A stretch of DNA of 64,000 nt, taken from Octopus vulgaris (Eukaryota). This document shows positions 38,154 through 52,100 of the stretch, piece after piece. The notes below the pieces were generated by a model. The model was not told the origin of the DNA, made no database searches, and worked only from the letters and a program-made list of their open reading frames with translations. The first letter of the stretch is position 1. Each line of letters starts with the position of its first letter. The stretch is taken from contig OX597814.1 of NCBI GenBank assembly GCA_951406725.2, positions 183,768,001 through 183,832,000 on the forward strand, written 5' to 3'. Both the position numbers and the translations under genes were made by a program.

Positions 38154-38869
38154 GAGAGAGAGAGAGAGGACGCTAAGATGTTGGAGAAATTCATTGCCAG
38201 GGATTTTTAAGGATTGCTAGCAATCTTTAAACCCTGTTACGTAAGAAGTAACTGTTCGGTTGTTAGCTGTGGTCAGAGATGGAGCGTCTGTGTGGGGTGG
38301 GACGACACACTATAGTATATATTTTTAAAGATTAAAGATTGATCTCTAAGATATTAAAACACTCGGTCCTTTCAGGAAATCTGTATGAAAAATGAGCACT
38401 TAGAAATCTAGGTTGTATTAAATGAATATATAGATATACGTAAACTCGCTAATACATACAACTTACACTGGTTAAATTTCTGCGATGCTGTTTAGACATT
38501 TAACGAAGCTCTTATATTGTTGCATAATACTATTTGTACATGTCCATTGCTACATAAGCAAAATAATAATGAAACAATAGAAGTTTCTGTATGTTAATGT
38601 GCTATATCACAAAAACAAACACATAGCTGACATTTACGTATATTTAAAACAAAATATTATATACAAAATATCTTGTTCAATCAAAGTAGTTTAAATATGA
38701 GAAATATAATTCTCTCCTTGCATTAGCATTCTCTTCTTGCTAGTATCTTCTTAACTTGTATAGTATTTACATATTTAAGATCGTGTTAACATATTTGGAA
38801 TAATGGACACCAAAAATCAGATTACACGTCATTACAAAATGAAGTAGAGACAATATTATTTAATTCTTT

Positions 38870-39272
38870 TATTATTTTACTTGTTTTAGTTATTTGATTG
38901 CAGCCATGCTGGAGCACCAGCTGGAAGGATTTTACTCGAACAGATGAGCCCACAACTTATTTTTTAAAGCCTAGTACATATTTCATCGGTCCCTTTTGCC
39001 GAACCGCTAAGATACGGGGACGTAAATACACCAAAACCGGTTCTCAAGCGGTGATGGGAGAACAAACAGACACAAAAACACACATACATAAACACACACA
39101 CATATGCATATAGGGGGCGACTTCTTTCAGTTACCGTCTACCAAATTCACTCACAAGACTTTCGTCGGCCCTAGATTATAGTAGAAGTCACTTTCCCAAG
39201 GTGCCACGCAGTGGGACTGAACCCGGAACCATGTGGTTGGGAAGCAAGCTACTTACCATACAGCCACGCCTA
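38870..39272 (-). mobile_element. SINE-B full-length
   Basis: Family consensus match. Confidence 0.9.
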
Positions 39273-39864
39273 TTCTGGTATATATGAAAGGCAGCTCTCA
39301 GCCCTATCAGATGTTATCACCAAAACAGAAGATATCATACGATTCGAAATAATGATATCACTTAGTTGTGTGTTTTTTTTTTAAGCATTGAGAAATTACA
39401 TAGGAGTAGGCGTCACTGTGTGATAAGACGCTTGCTTCCCAACCACAAGGCTTTGGTCGGTCCGAGGCCATAGTAGAAGACGCTTGCCCAAAGTGCCACG
39501 CAGTGGGACTGAACCCAGAACCATGTGGTTGGTAAGCAAGCTACTTACTACACAGCCAATCGTACGTTCAGATTTTATTTTTTGCTTCTTCTGCAGCAAC
39601 TAAAATTGCCCCTATTTCTCTTACCGTAAACATCTACATACGAACCGCACGATGGCTCACCCCTCACACTAATCACGTTTTTATCATACGCACTCGCTCT
39701 TTCGCATCCAAGATCCGTACTAAAAACCTCATCCTATCCTTGAAATTCTCCCTCCGCCCACATTTGTCCAGCTGTCATCGACCTACACGTACGTTCATAT
39801 TGGAGATCAATCGAATCGATCATACTAGTCTGGGAAGTCCTGAGAAGGTCATGAGTACAACAAA

Positions 39865-40255
39865 ATGTGGTAAGTAGCTTGCTAACCAACCACATGGTTC
39901 CGGGTTCAGTCCCACTACGTGGCACCTTGGGCAAGTGTCTTCTACTATAGCCTCGGGCGGACCAAAGCCTTGTGAGTGGATTTGGTAGAGGAAAACTGAA
40001 AGAAGCCCGTCGTATATATGTATATATATATGCGTGTGTGTGTGTTTGTGTGTCTGTGTTTGTCCTCCTAGCATTGCTTGACAACCGATGCTGGTGTGTT
40101 TATGTCCCCGTAACTTAGCGGTTCGGCAAAAGGGACCGATAGAATAAGTACTGGGCTTACAAAAGAATAAGTCCCGGGGCCGAGTTGCTCGATTAAAGGC
40201 GGTGCTCCAGCATGGCCGCAGTCAAATGACTGAAACAAGTTAAAGAGTAAAGAGT
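39865..40255 (+). mobile_element. SINE-B
   Basis: Family consensus match. Confidence 0.9.
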
Positions 40256-41002
40256 ATTAAAGAAGAAAAAAACGAAATCATGGAAACTTAGCGAAATGAT
40301 GTTGACGGAAGGATGAAAATAATGATGAGGATATGGAGAAAATATTTCAAAAAAAAAAATAAATAAATAAAAGAGCAGAGGGAACAAACAAACAAGCAAA
40401 CCCGAAAAGCAGCGGTGCGAAAGGCGTACCGCGTGGCTTGAAAGCTGACTCAAGTGAAATTCGATATCGGGTGATATGTCAGAGATACGGAAAGGGGTGG
40501 GTAACTCTGTATCATCCGCTCCGCTCCACACCCATTGTCACATTAACACTGATCGTTAAACTTATGCTAATGCATGTAAATATATGCATGTCCCAGTCAC
40601 GGCGATAGCTAGACGAGCTAAAAGTGAGTGGAAGATTTCAATATAGTTGAAACAGACTCGTGACAGTAATCATTTCAGAATCACCCACATGTGTACACGT
40701 GCACCAAGTCACACACATCCGTTTGGAATAATTGGAAATACACTTAGGAAAATACATACAAACACATACATCACATGCACGCACACACACACACATACAC
40801 GCATACAGAGATAAACATGCCATGACAGACGCATAATCAACAGACCTAGACGCTTACAAAAACATAACGCGAACATATACACACACAGCTTCTCTTCATT
40901 ACCAGTTCATTTAGAATCTAGACACAGGAAAATACATTTATCATAATACGTACATATAAACACATACACACACATATATGTATATATTTATATATATATC
41001 TA

Positions 41003-41067
<65 letters not shown>

Positions 41068-41117
41068 ACATTTATATATATGTGTGTATTCTTATCTATC
41101 TATGTATATATGTGTGT

Positions 41118-41160
<43 letters not shown>

Positions 41161-41278
41161 TTAGATAAATGAATAATAATAATAATAAGAAATAATAATG
41201 ATAATGATAATAAAAATAATAATGATAATAATAATAATGATAATAATAATAATAGTAATGATAATAATAATAATAATG

Positions 41279-41312
<34 letters not shown>

Positions 41313-41779
41313 TAATAATCATGATAATAAATTCAACACTGAATGACAGGAAATTATGAAATAAACATCTGAGTTGTGTCTATAAATAGCTTACATTCAC
41401 AACTTGTGTGTGTGAATGTGCGTGTGTGTGTTTGCGTATGTGTGTGTGTGTGTGTGTTTGTCTGTGTGCACCCGTGTGCGTGCGTGAGTGTGTATGTGTG
41501 TTTGCTTCGATATAGTTTATTAGGTTTTTGGAAAACGCCAAAACATTTACTTATGGTAGTTATTCTATATTTAGACGAGTAAACTTTATTGATTATATTG
41601 TTTGTTTGTTCTCTCCGCTTTTTTTTTCTTTGAAATATTTTCTTCATATCTTCATCTCTGTTTTCATCCTTCTGTCAACATCATTTCGCTATATAACATT
41701 GGTCTGACAGGGACATCAAGTCCCGCCTTTAAAGGCTTGTGTATATTTTGTGCGTGTGTACGCCCATTTGTCTGTGTGC

Positions 41780-41974
41780 ATGTGACTGCGTGTGTATCGT
41801 TGGCGATTGCTTTTTCCTTCCGTCTTCACTGCCTTTGATCTTTCCTTTTCTTATGTTTCTGACGAAGAGCTCCGCTCGAAACGTTAAATCCTCCTTTCTT
41901 TCCTTTCCTGAGCGTCCAATAACACTATACTTTTTCCACGTCCTCGCGGTGGTGTTTTTTTTCTTTGTGTTTTC

Positions 41975-41975
<1 letters not shown>
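41780..41975 (+). mobile_element. HHR-bearing repeat family H1 copy 3 (intact core)
   Basis: TTT-CTGACGA-A-GAGC-TCC-GCTC-GAAA-CGTT-AAA at 41856-41888. Confidence 0.8.
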
Positions 41976-42019
<44 letters not shown>

Positions 42020-42022
<3 letters not shown>

Positions 42023-42964
42023 ATATGTAAAAAAATGCAAACTGGGACAAGAACGCAAAACATTTAGAAGACGATAAAAAAAACACGGACGGGACATTCG
42101 AAGCCTTCAATCTTCAGTCAAGAACCGGATCATCCTCGCAATTTCGGCTGATTAATCTTGAGATTGCTCCGACCTGGCCAGCCCCAAAGGAAAATCTAAG
42201 CCAAGCGCATTAGATTCCTTGGAAGAAAGCCTCGAATGTATACGAAACAAGGACGGGAACGAATAAGAATACAAAAATACGTAAAAATAATAATGATAAC
42301 ACGAATAAGAATACGAAAATACGTAAAAACAATAATGATAACAATAATAACAAAAACAGGACGTCACAGACAGGCGTCTTTTCGACAGGACGGGTGAACT
42401 TGCGCTGGCGCAATAGAAAAATGCCTTGAGGCGAAGAGAGAAAAAAAGAAAAGAGAAGTGTCTAGCCTCGGCGGCTGCTGACCACGAAAAGGCAGGACAG
42501 AGAGAGGAAAAGAGGAAGAGAGAAAAAAAAAGGGGAACAAGGAACAAAGGAGGAGGAGAAGAGAGAGAGAGAGAGAGTGAGAAAGTGACAGATCAAAGTG
42601 GAGTGCAAAGTGTGAAAGGCAGAGAAATGTAGGAGAGGTTGGAGAGAGAGAGACAGTGTTATAGAGTCGTACCAAGTTTAAAGAAAAAATGTACTTACAT
42701 ACAAGACCAAAAAGGGTACGGGCGTCGCTATATATATATGTATATGTAAAAAAAATACAAACTGGGACAAGAGCGCAAAACATTTAGAAGACGATAAAAA
42801 AAAACACGGACGGGACATTCGAAGCCTTCCATCTTCAGTCAAGAACCGGATCATCCTCGCAATTTCGGCTGATTAATCTTGAGATTGCTCCGACCTGGCC
42901 AGCCTCAAAGGAAAATCTTAGCCAAGCACATTAGATTCCTTGGAAGAAAGCCTCGAATGTATAC
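42020..42964. repeat. Two ~225-bp direct repeats (period 720 bp) flanking a ~495-bp core
   Basis: 42020-42243 and 42739-42964 nearly identical; embedded in microsatellites. Confidence 0.9.
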
Positions 42965-43539
42965 AATGTATGTATGTATGTATGTATGTATGTATGTATG
43001 TATGTATGTATGTATGTATGCATTCATACATACATACATACATACATACATACAACTAGATATTCTACGCCCTGAGTAAAAAGGAATGAGTGAGTGCGTA
43101 GTGTTATTTTAAATATTGTTCCAAAATTTTATCAAAAACCCAACAAACGAAAATTTTGTTGTTAATTCCTCATTGGTAAATTTCTTTATTAACCATGAGG
43201 TTGAGAAAAAGAGGGGACGATACGAGGACAGACAAAACAAACATTGGGGTCAGGGTATCGAATGAGACGAAACGTATGAATACACAAACAATTAAAATAT
43301 ATACAATTAAATGAGAATGAGGGATTCACAAAAAATGAAGCGGAGGACGCGGTCGACCCCACAAACCACATACTTACACTGAAGACTTTGCTTTCTCCTT
43401 TTTATATTCTCGTTTAAACAGGTTCTTTCACTCGCAACATACTTGCTATAGATTTCTATCTTTTACGAAACACACTTTGCAACAGACATTTCTTCTCCAA
43501 CCTTATTTTCCGTTTCATGTGGAAAACAAAACGAAAAAG

Positions 43540-43995
43540 TCGATAAGCTCGAGACTGGAAATGAACATACCTGTTGCAATTCCTTTCACTCTCGTCTTCC
43601 ATACTACCTCTTTCGCCACAGCAACTACCGAGAGAAAACAGGCTCGCTGCTCCCTATACAGGGAGGGCGGCGGAACGATCTTAATTACAGATTCGCTCGA
43701 CAGTTGTACTCTTCTCGAATGCGACAGCAGGTTTCGACATAAGCCCAGAGCTCAGTCTCCTTGGGGCATTGCACAATCGTGTGCAGGACAGTTTCACTAT
43801 CCTGGTCGCATCTTGCACAAACCGGCGAAGGTGCACACCCATTTCTAAAGAGCTTATCTCGAACTGGTAAATCTCCTCTGTAACATTGCCAGGCCAGGGA
43901 CTTTTGATAATTATCCATAGGCCCCGGCCCGAATGTTCTTTGGAATAGGTTGGCCAGTTGATCTTCGTCGAAGCCTAGGTTTTCTCCATCGGCCA
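43540..43995 (-). mobile_element. L1/Tx1-clade LINE ORF2 C-terminus (zf-RVT CCHC)
   Basis: KSLAWQCYRGDLPVRDKLFRNG...CARCDQDSETVLHTIVQCP..LW. Confidence 0.85.
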
Positions 43996-45418
43996 AAACA
44001 TCACATCTGTAATACCACACATTTCTTATTGTTTTACTCATTCTTTAGGATATTTAGTTGAACATTTTTGCGACGTCTATTTCCGTCTCTTCTTCCATTT
44101 CTGACTCTCTTCTGCCTTCCTCCTTTTCTCTTTCTGTCTTCTCCCTCTCTCTTTCCCTCTCTAACACTTTCCTCTGTGTTACTTCTCTCCCTCTGCTCTC
44201 CACCACTTTTCTGTCTCCTCCCACTACCACGTGACCCGTGACCATTCACATATTTATCGTCCATTTCCTCTTTTCGCCTCGGCTTTGACTCGGCCAGTCA
44301 CGCTTGTCTCTGCTCCTCCACATTTTTCATATGGGTTGTTTCTGCCCCCTACGTTTTTATTTTGTGTACTGAGCACATTTCAACTAACCATTACTCATTC
44401 ATTCTCCCTGCATAAGTGCTTGTGTGCGCGGCACGTGAGTATGTACGTAAATAGGTATGCATATGTGCTTTTGTATCTCGCAGATTTCAAACCGGTAAAT
44501 AACAACGAGAAAAGTTTCTTTCCAAATCCAATTTGTCTGAGAGACAATATGATTTAAAGTGTGCATATATTAATAGTCAAGGGAGTTCCAGGTATTTGTG
44601 AATATATGAGATTATATGAGCATATATGAAAATCAAGTCAGTTTTAGTTATGTGTAACTATGAGAGCTAGTGTGTTCATATATGTAGATCAAGTCAGTTC
44701 TAGGTATTTGTGAATACATTAGTTAAATGGGTGATTGCTTTTTATGTATATGTGTATGTACTTACCATATACACACCAGTGGTTCTATGTTTACGATGAT
44801 TCAAGGAAACTTCGATGGAAAATATTTGGAATACATATCATAAATTTTTACTAAATGTTCAATTTTCAAAATGCATGTCTAGCTTTTCTAGATTTTTGTA
44901 CGTATCTTTTGTTACATAGCGCAGTGAATAATAGTTACAAATAAGAATTTATAGCCTGAATACATGAACTAAAAGTTCTGAATTTATTCAGCTTCGGCGT
45001 TCTGTTTCTCTACAATTTTAAAGGAAACACTGACATTCCATACGTAGCCTGCACGACTTTTCCATACGTGCACTACTTTGTTCTCTGACTCACAAAATAT
45101 GAGATCCGATATGTTTTTACCGAATTATTGTTTTTATCAGAATTTTGCATCGGTTTATCTTATTTTTAAAGTGGATACAATTTAGATTTAGTGTGCATTT
45201 TACAATTCTTCCTGTAGATAGATTCGTTTTAGCAATAATGCTACGTCTGATGAGAGAATGTTATATCTTGCGGACATGCTTTGGTTACCGCTTATAATAT
45301 GAAGGATATCTTCCACTTCTGTGGTAAATCAATATTTTATGTCACATGCAGGTTTAGAGACATCTTTATCTCAAATATCTGTCACTTCTTTAGTAACTAT
45401 CTTCAGTATACACGTATT

Positions 45419-45467
<49 letters not shown>

Positions 45468-45469
<2 letters not shown>

Positions 45470-45868
45470 TCTTTACTCTTTACTTGTTTCAGTCATGTGA
45501 CTGTGGCCATGCTGGAGCACCGCCTTTAGTCGATCAAATCGACACCAGGACTTATTCTTTGTAAGCCTAGTACTTATTTTATCGGTCTCTTTTTTGCCGA
45601 ACCGCTAAGTTACGGGGACGTAAACACATCAGTTGTCAAGCGATGTTGTGGGGACAAACACAGACACGCAAACACGCACATACACACACATATATATATA
45701 TACATATATACGACGGGCTTCTTTCAGTTTCCGTCTACCAATCCCACTAACAAGGCTTTGGTCGGCCCGAGGCTATAGTAGAAGACACCCAAGGTGCCAC
45801 GCAGTGGGACTGAACCCGGAACCATGTGGTTCGTAAGCAAGCTACTTACCACACAGCCACTCCTACGC

Positions 45869-45869
<1 letters not shown>
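45468..45869 (-). mobile_element. SINE-B full-length
   Basis: Family consensus match. Confidence 0.9.
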
Positions 45870-45917
<48 letters not shown>

Positions 45918-46679
45918 AGTATTAAAGTATGTATGCGTGTGTCTATGTAAGTATGTATATATACGGATGTATGTATGTGTCGATGTTTCTATATACGTAT
46001 GCATATCATAAAGCAGCAATTTCTACGCATATATGTAAGTGTATATGGATGTATCTACGCTATTATAAAAAATTTGCATTTAGTATAAATTGATATTTAC
46101 TGTTGTTATTCATAGTATTGAAATTACATAACTTTGTCATCCTGAGATGACATCTGTGCAATGAAGTTTTATTATGCATTTCTGATAGTCATCTTATATA
46201 CGAGATTAAGGATAAAGATGGTTATTTAAACTTAGAATCGGAAAGCAATAAAATGCACATACCATAAAGTATGTATTTCCGATATATTTTATTATTATTT
46301 TGTAGGAGTGTGACAGACAACGCCCATGCAAAATTATACTGAAGTAGTGAAATTGATAAATTTAAAGGTTGAGCTGGGATTTTAGTTGCTTAGTGTCAAT
46401 ATGAAAGTTGTGAGCGTAGACGAGATTTCAGTCAGCAGTGAAGCTAGAAAGAAATGCTTGGATAATGAAACAGTCAAGATGACAACTGGACGATGAAATA
46501 TGTATTGGATGGTTCTTGAAGAGATGCGATAAGCATTTAACTTTTACGGAGAAGACGCCTTAGTTTCATTAGTGGCCAAAGTACAAAGAGAACAGTGCGT
46601 ATGTGTGAACCGGTGGGTATGCTATATTGGTTAGTGGGTATTTTCCAATTAGCCAATTGATATATTTTAGAAGATAGAA

Positions 46680-46920
46680 TTTAAATCGGACCATGTTAAG
46701 ACCAAAAATTATTTACATCAAAAAGGTGCTTATTTTGTATGAAAATCCCTATTTTTTACGATTTTTTGACTGCTGTGTCGCCATTTTTCGGTGTATTTCA
46801 ACCGGAAAAATGTTCGCTTAAAGAGAACAACAAGCTACATAATGCAAAATTTTTACTTTTAAAAAGTTCCAGTTCTAAAGGTTCGAATCAAACCCGAGCA
46901 ACGCCGGGCGATACTGCCAG
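46680..46920 (+). mobile_element. Helitron 3' fragment
   Basis: Ends CCCGAGCAACGCCGGGCGATACTGCCAG. Confidence 0.7.
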
Positions 46921-47458
46921 TAGATGATATAAGTGAAAATGATATCATTGGTCAAAGCTGAATTAGTTTTTAACTTTGATAAGAGATCCTACCAATGTTT
47001 TACATGTATCGTCCTCAAAAGAGATCATCATTGATTGTCAGATGTAATATTTATTGGAAATTATGGGGGGATGGGGTCTAGTAAAGTTTTTTTTTTTGTG
47101 ATGTTGCTTAGGCGTAAGTTGGAATCTGTGCAAAGCTGTTCTATTTACGTTTGTGCTGTTGAATTTTCTAGATATGGTTTGTGTATTTAATAAATTCTGT
47201 AACTGCAGAATATTTCACAGAATACTCACAATCAGTTTGCTATTCATTTATACTTTGTAGAACACATACAAATTAAATTGTATTTCACTTTTCGATTTAA
47301 ATTTATTTATAGAATTAATTAACTAATTGAATAGAGAATGCGTGTCTTTTTGTCAAAGTGTGGATGCTGGCAAAGAAAAAACAACACAAAACAAAACAAA
47401 AAACATTATAGGAAAAATTTACAAAAGAGATAATCTTTTAAAGAAGCCTTTGTCATAT

Positions 47459-47640
47459 CTCTTATATAAAATCCGTTCTGTCTGTCTCTGTGGGTGTCTT
47501 CTAGGATCTCGGGCATCCTCCGTCAGATTGCGCTCAAATTTGATATGTAGATACCGACGGTATCAGGGCGTGTATAAGTCTTGAAAAAATTACAAAAATC
47601 GATTCCAGGTGAGAATGCGATCGATAGAGCCGTTTTTATC
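47459..47640 (+). mobile_element. Helitron 5' fragment
   Basis: A|TCTCTTATATAAAATCCGTTCTGTCTGTC start, like 34073. Confidence 0.55.
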
Positions 47641-48980
47641 CTGCTTTTCTTCCGTCAACCTGTACATAACTGCACCTTCCATCTTTGTTGTTGTTTTTGT
47701 ACTGCTTAAAGGCATGTTTCTTTCCTGCCAAGCTTACTGTTTAAACCATGTTTGCGTTCTCCCAGTCAACTGCCTTATCATTAGAGCTACTTTAAACTCT
47801 TCGGTTGCATATTTGTGTGAATAAAATCGTTTTTCTTTGGAATAGAAAAAAAGTCTATCTTTATCTCTTCTTTTGCTGGTGTTTCAAATTTAGGCTAAAT
47901 CAGTGTTTCTCAAGGGGTGGGGTCTATGGGACGGTCGGGCAAGTTGTTTTGAGAAAATTTGGATTAAATGTTTGACAACTCAGCACCGTCCATTGGACGG
48001 AGGCGTTTTGCTCGTACACAATATGTACACATCCTTTATTTGCTTAAATCCATTTCTAATAGAAATTTAAATACTGATTTTAGACGTGGAAATATTCTTG
48101 CATTAACTTAGATGTTATTAATAGAGAATTGGTCAGAATAAGGTGTACAGGTTTGTTGGTTGATAGAACATAGTTTATGTTGTGTATATTTATCATTTAA
48201 TCCTACGAAGAGCCATTAAGTCTCTACTGTACATTAGGAGCGTAGGTCGACGAATGGTACAAAGCAACATTAAGTTTTCTCTGTTTATGCTTTCATTTCA
48301 AAATGCTTCTGGCTTTCATTCCATTTTTCAATTCCTATGGGTGTCTATAAAACAACGACTACTCTTGGGCTGGGATTTAATTCAGTCAATCGGCTACGCC
48401 CTCCCCACCTTATAGATAAGTGACCTCCCAGCATTTTAAGATATGAAGCTACATTAATACATTAATACATTAATACATCAGCATAAATGTCACTATTTGC
48501 ATTATCTGTCAATGGAAATAGAAGATTAAAAATAGAACAGTAGAAAAATAAAAGATGGACATTATTTCTGATATGAATGGCTGAAATATTATACCATTGA
48601 TGCTAAATGTATGTAACAATTCACCTATCGTAAAATTAGTTTAAAACAAACGTTGCTAGATGTTCACATGCGTAAGTTAATCCACAAAACAGTATACACA
48701 TAAACACAAAGGTTTGTTAAACATACACATACAGAAATCAACAAGTTTCATGTGATAATATTCCTGTATACAAACAACGCATTGTATATATATATATATA
48801 TATAATGACATATTTAAACGAAACATCAGCGATTTCAATCTTTAAAGTAAAATATTTTCTCTTTCACTCTATCACGAAATACGGTCTAATCTAATGAATA
48901 AAATAGCTAAACAGTTGCTGTCGGGTATTTTAAGTTAAAATTATGATAACGATTATCAGCAGGTAAGATCATTCACACGA

Positions 48981-49018
<38 letters not shown>

Positions 49019-49119
49019 GTGTGTATGTGTGTGTGTGTGTGTGTGCGTGTGCGCGTATGTATATACTTATACATGTGTGTATATTAGTATATATCTATAT
49101 AAAGCAAAAGAAGGAGATG

Positions 49120-49151
<32 letters not shown>

Positions 49152-49659
49152 CATACATATACATACATACACACATACACACACATATATATATACTCCT
49201 ACATATACATATATCTATCGATTTATGTATGTATGTATGTATGTATGTATCTATATATATATATCCAGTACACATAAACTCATACGCACGCGTCACATAT
49301 ATTTATTGATAATATTAATTTGATTGAGACTTCATATGTCGCCATTAATGGCTTATTCAACCGAAATGGCACCAAGTTGACAGGTAGAATACAATATTAC
49401 AGCCAAGTCAAATCAATATTATCAACGAATTTCACTTTAGTAAATACGTGGAGTCCCACCACGAACAATTATGCTTTTATTGTTCACAACAAATTGATCA
49501 ACATTAGCAAATAATACAAATATACATCTTCTATATGAGTATATTAATGTATATTGATATACTATATTATATATGTCACATAAACGCACACACATACACA
49601 CATATATATACATGTGTTTATACGTGTGCTTGTATACATATATATCAATATATAGATAT

Positions 49660-49801
49660 ATATAAGTACTCAGCTGTGTATATGTCTGTGTGTGCATGTG
49701 TGTGTATGCATATGTATATATTTACATATATACATACATATACATATATATATATATATGTATATATATATGTATGCATATGTATATATTTACATATATA
49801 C

Positions 49802-49873
<72 letters not shown>

Positions 49874-49951
49874 GTATGTATATATGTAAATATATACATA
49901 TGCATACACACACATGCACACACAGACATATACATAGCTGAGTACTTATAT
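49660..49951. repeat. Palindrome with ~95-bp arms centred on a (TA)n-rich core
   Basis: ATATAAGTACTCAGCTGTGTATATGTCTG...CAGACATATACATAGCTGAGTACTTATAT. Confidence 0.9.
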
Positions 49952-50025
49952 GTAATTTCCTGACAGCGTTTATATATACTTTCGACTAATAATTATATCA
50001 AGTAGATGTATGTCACACACACTTA

Positions 50026-50069
<44 letters not shown>

Positions 50070-50229
50070 CAGACATATATATTTCGATTTTGGGTTTGGT
50101 TTGCAAGATTCTTTATATGAGTTCGTGTGTTGAAGCATATTATAAAAATATGAAATAAGTGGAAATTTTACCGGTGAGTGTGTTACATTATAAGGCACAA
50201 AAAGAAAATTACTCTCCCCAGACACAACA

Positions 50230-50311
<82 letters not shown>

Positions 50312-50433
50312 CATATATGTATATACACATATATATATGTATGTATAAATATTTATTATATATTATATACATATATGTATAAATATGTATGGAATAGTTA
50401 GTATGAAGTATTATGTGGAATGTATTATGTAAA

Positions 50434-51153
50434 ATTTGTGGGTAAGGCCGGAACAATGTGAAATAAATCCAAGGTAAATCACAAGAAAGCAGGCATATGA
50501 ATTAATGGTGACTTACCTTGCATTCAATATTTCAGGGTTATGACCCCCTCTTCAGGAATTAGCGAATGTTGCAGATCTACATGTGTGTGAGGATGTGGGG
50601 AGTAGACATGCGCAGAAGGTTGTTGTCATAGCAACCAGCTAGCTTCATGTAACTCTTATGTAGTTGATAGTTGGCTTCCGTTTGTGTATTAGTATGGCTT
50701 CGGAGATTCTAAGGTTGCCACTGTTGTGCTGTGTTGCCCTGATGTACACTGTGAACTCTCAGGTCTGGGATTGTCGTAAATGTTTTTTCACGGAAGTGTC
50801 TGTCTACGTACAAAAATACCAGACCCGAGAGTTCACAGTGCACACCAGGGCAACACAGCACAACAGAGGCCACCATAGAATCTCAGAGGCCATATTAATA
50901 CACCAACAGAAGCCGATTGTCAACAACAGAAGAGAGTTGAATGAAGCTAGCCGGTTGATATGGCAACAACCGTCTGTGCATGTCTATTCCCCACTCTCAC
51001 ACACATACAGATCTGCAAAATTCCCTAATTCCTGAAGTGGGGGTCATAACTCTGAAATAGTGAATGCAAGGTAAGTCACCATTAATTCATATACCTGTTT
51101 TCTTGAAAATTACCGTGGATTTATTTCACATTGTTCCGGCCGTACCCACAAAT
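50434..51153. mobile_element. Inverted pair of Penelope-like 3' ends (~335-bp arms, 50-bp spacer), each with endonuclease tail and HHR
   Basis: Right arm encodes HRISEAILIHQQKPIVNNRRE (GIY-YIG C-terminal 'R..EA..I....P..N'); arms are diverged reverse complements. Confidence 0.85.
50522..50559 (-). ncRNA. Minimal type I hammerhead ribozyme
   Basis: AUUC-CUGAAGA-G-GGGGU-CAUA-ACCCU-GAAA-UA-UU-GAAU; palindromic AUAU helix III; activity untested. Confidence 0.7.
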
Positions 51154-51669
51154 AAATATATATATATTTATATGCACATATACATATGCAGTCATGGCAG
51201 TGTGCTTAGGGAGTTTTGTTTGCAACCATGTGGCTTCTGATTAACTCTCTCATTGCAGGTCAAATTAGGAGAGTTACTTGTCATACAGAATCGGGCTAAC
51301 CAATGCCTACTAAGTGAATTTGGTATGTGGAAACTGTCCGCAATCCTGTCGTACATATGTATATATGCATGCAGATGAGCCTGGATATGTGTGTGGGCGT
51401 GTGTGAGTGTTTGTATGTTTGTGCCTGTATCCTAACATTTTGAACCGATTTTGCATTATGCGCACTCCTGTAATTTTGCGTTTCGTCAAAAAAAGACGGT
51501 ACAATAATTATGAAACTTAAAAGGTGGTACCCCAGATTGACTGCAGTTCTGTTGTGGACAGTACAAGTATGTAATATAAAACAGGACAAAATTTGCAGTG
51601 ACTTAAAGTGGCAAATCGGTAACAAAACAGATTGTAATAAAAAGTATCAATAAATAATAAAAGACAATT

Positions 51670-52100
51670 AAGAGGTACGTTCAGAAAGTAACCGACTTTA
51701 TTTTTTCCTGCCAAAACTAATGCCGTGTGGACAAAATTTCTTAGGTAGAAGGTGTCACCAGCCTTCCTGCACTTGTGTGAAAACTTTTCTTCCGATAGTT
51801 CGCGCTTGTCGGATTTTCGTCTTCAGGCAAGATGACCGAACGCATCAAGCAAAGACCAGAAACAATCGGGAGCTAAAAGTTTTAGTGCATGCGCAGGAAG
51901 AGTAACATCACGTCTCAACCTAAGGTTTTTGCCCAAGTGGAATTAGTTTTGGTCAGAAAATATAAAGTCGGAGTGTTTTTGAAACACCTCGTAGAAATAA
52001 TTCCAACAGCTAATTTCCCAATCCAGGAGAAACAAATACAGAAATATTTGCCGTCAGTCAGTCTACATCTGCATGGGTACTGTGTACATATTTAGTCAAG
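51670..52100 (+). mobile_element. Possible decayed mariner-like element
   Basis: TIR-like GAGGTACGTTCAGAAAGTAACCG and an MTERIKQR start; weak. Confidence 0.35.

Noticed and set aside
42085-42125. HHR on the minus strand (CTGAAGA...GAAT)
   Set aside because: No GAAA and no convincing helix I or NUH site
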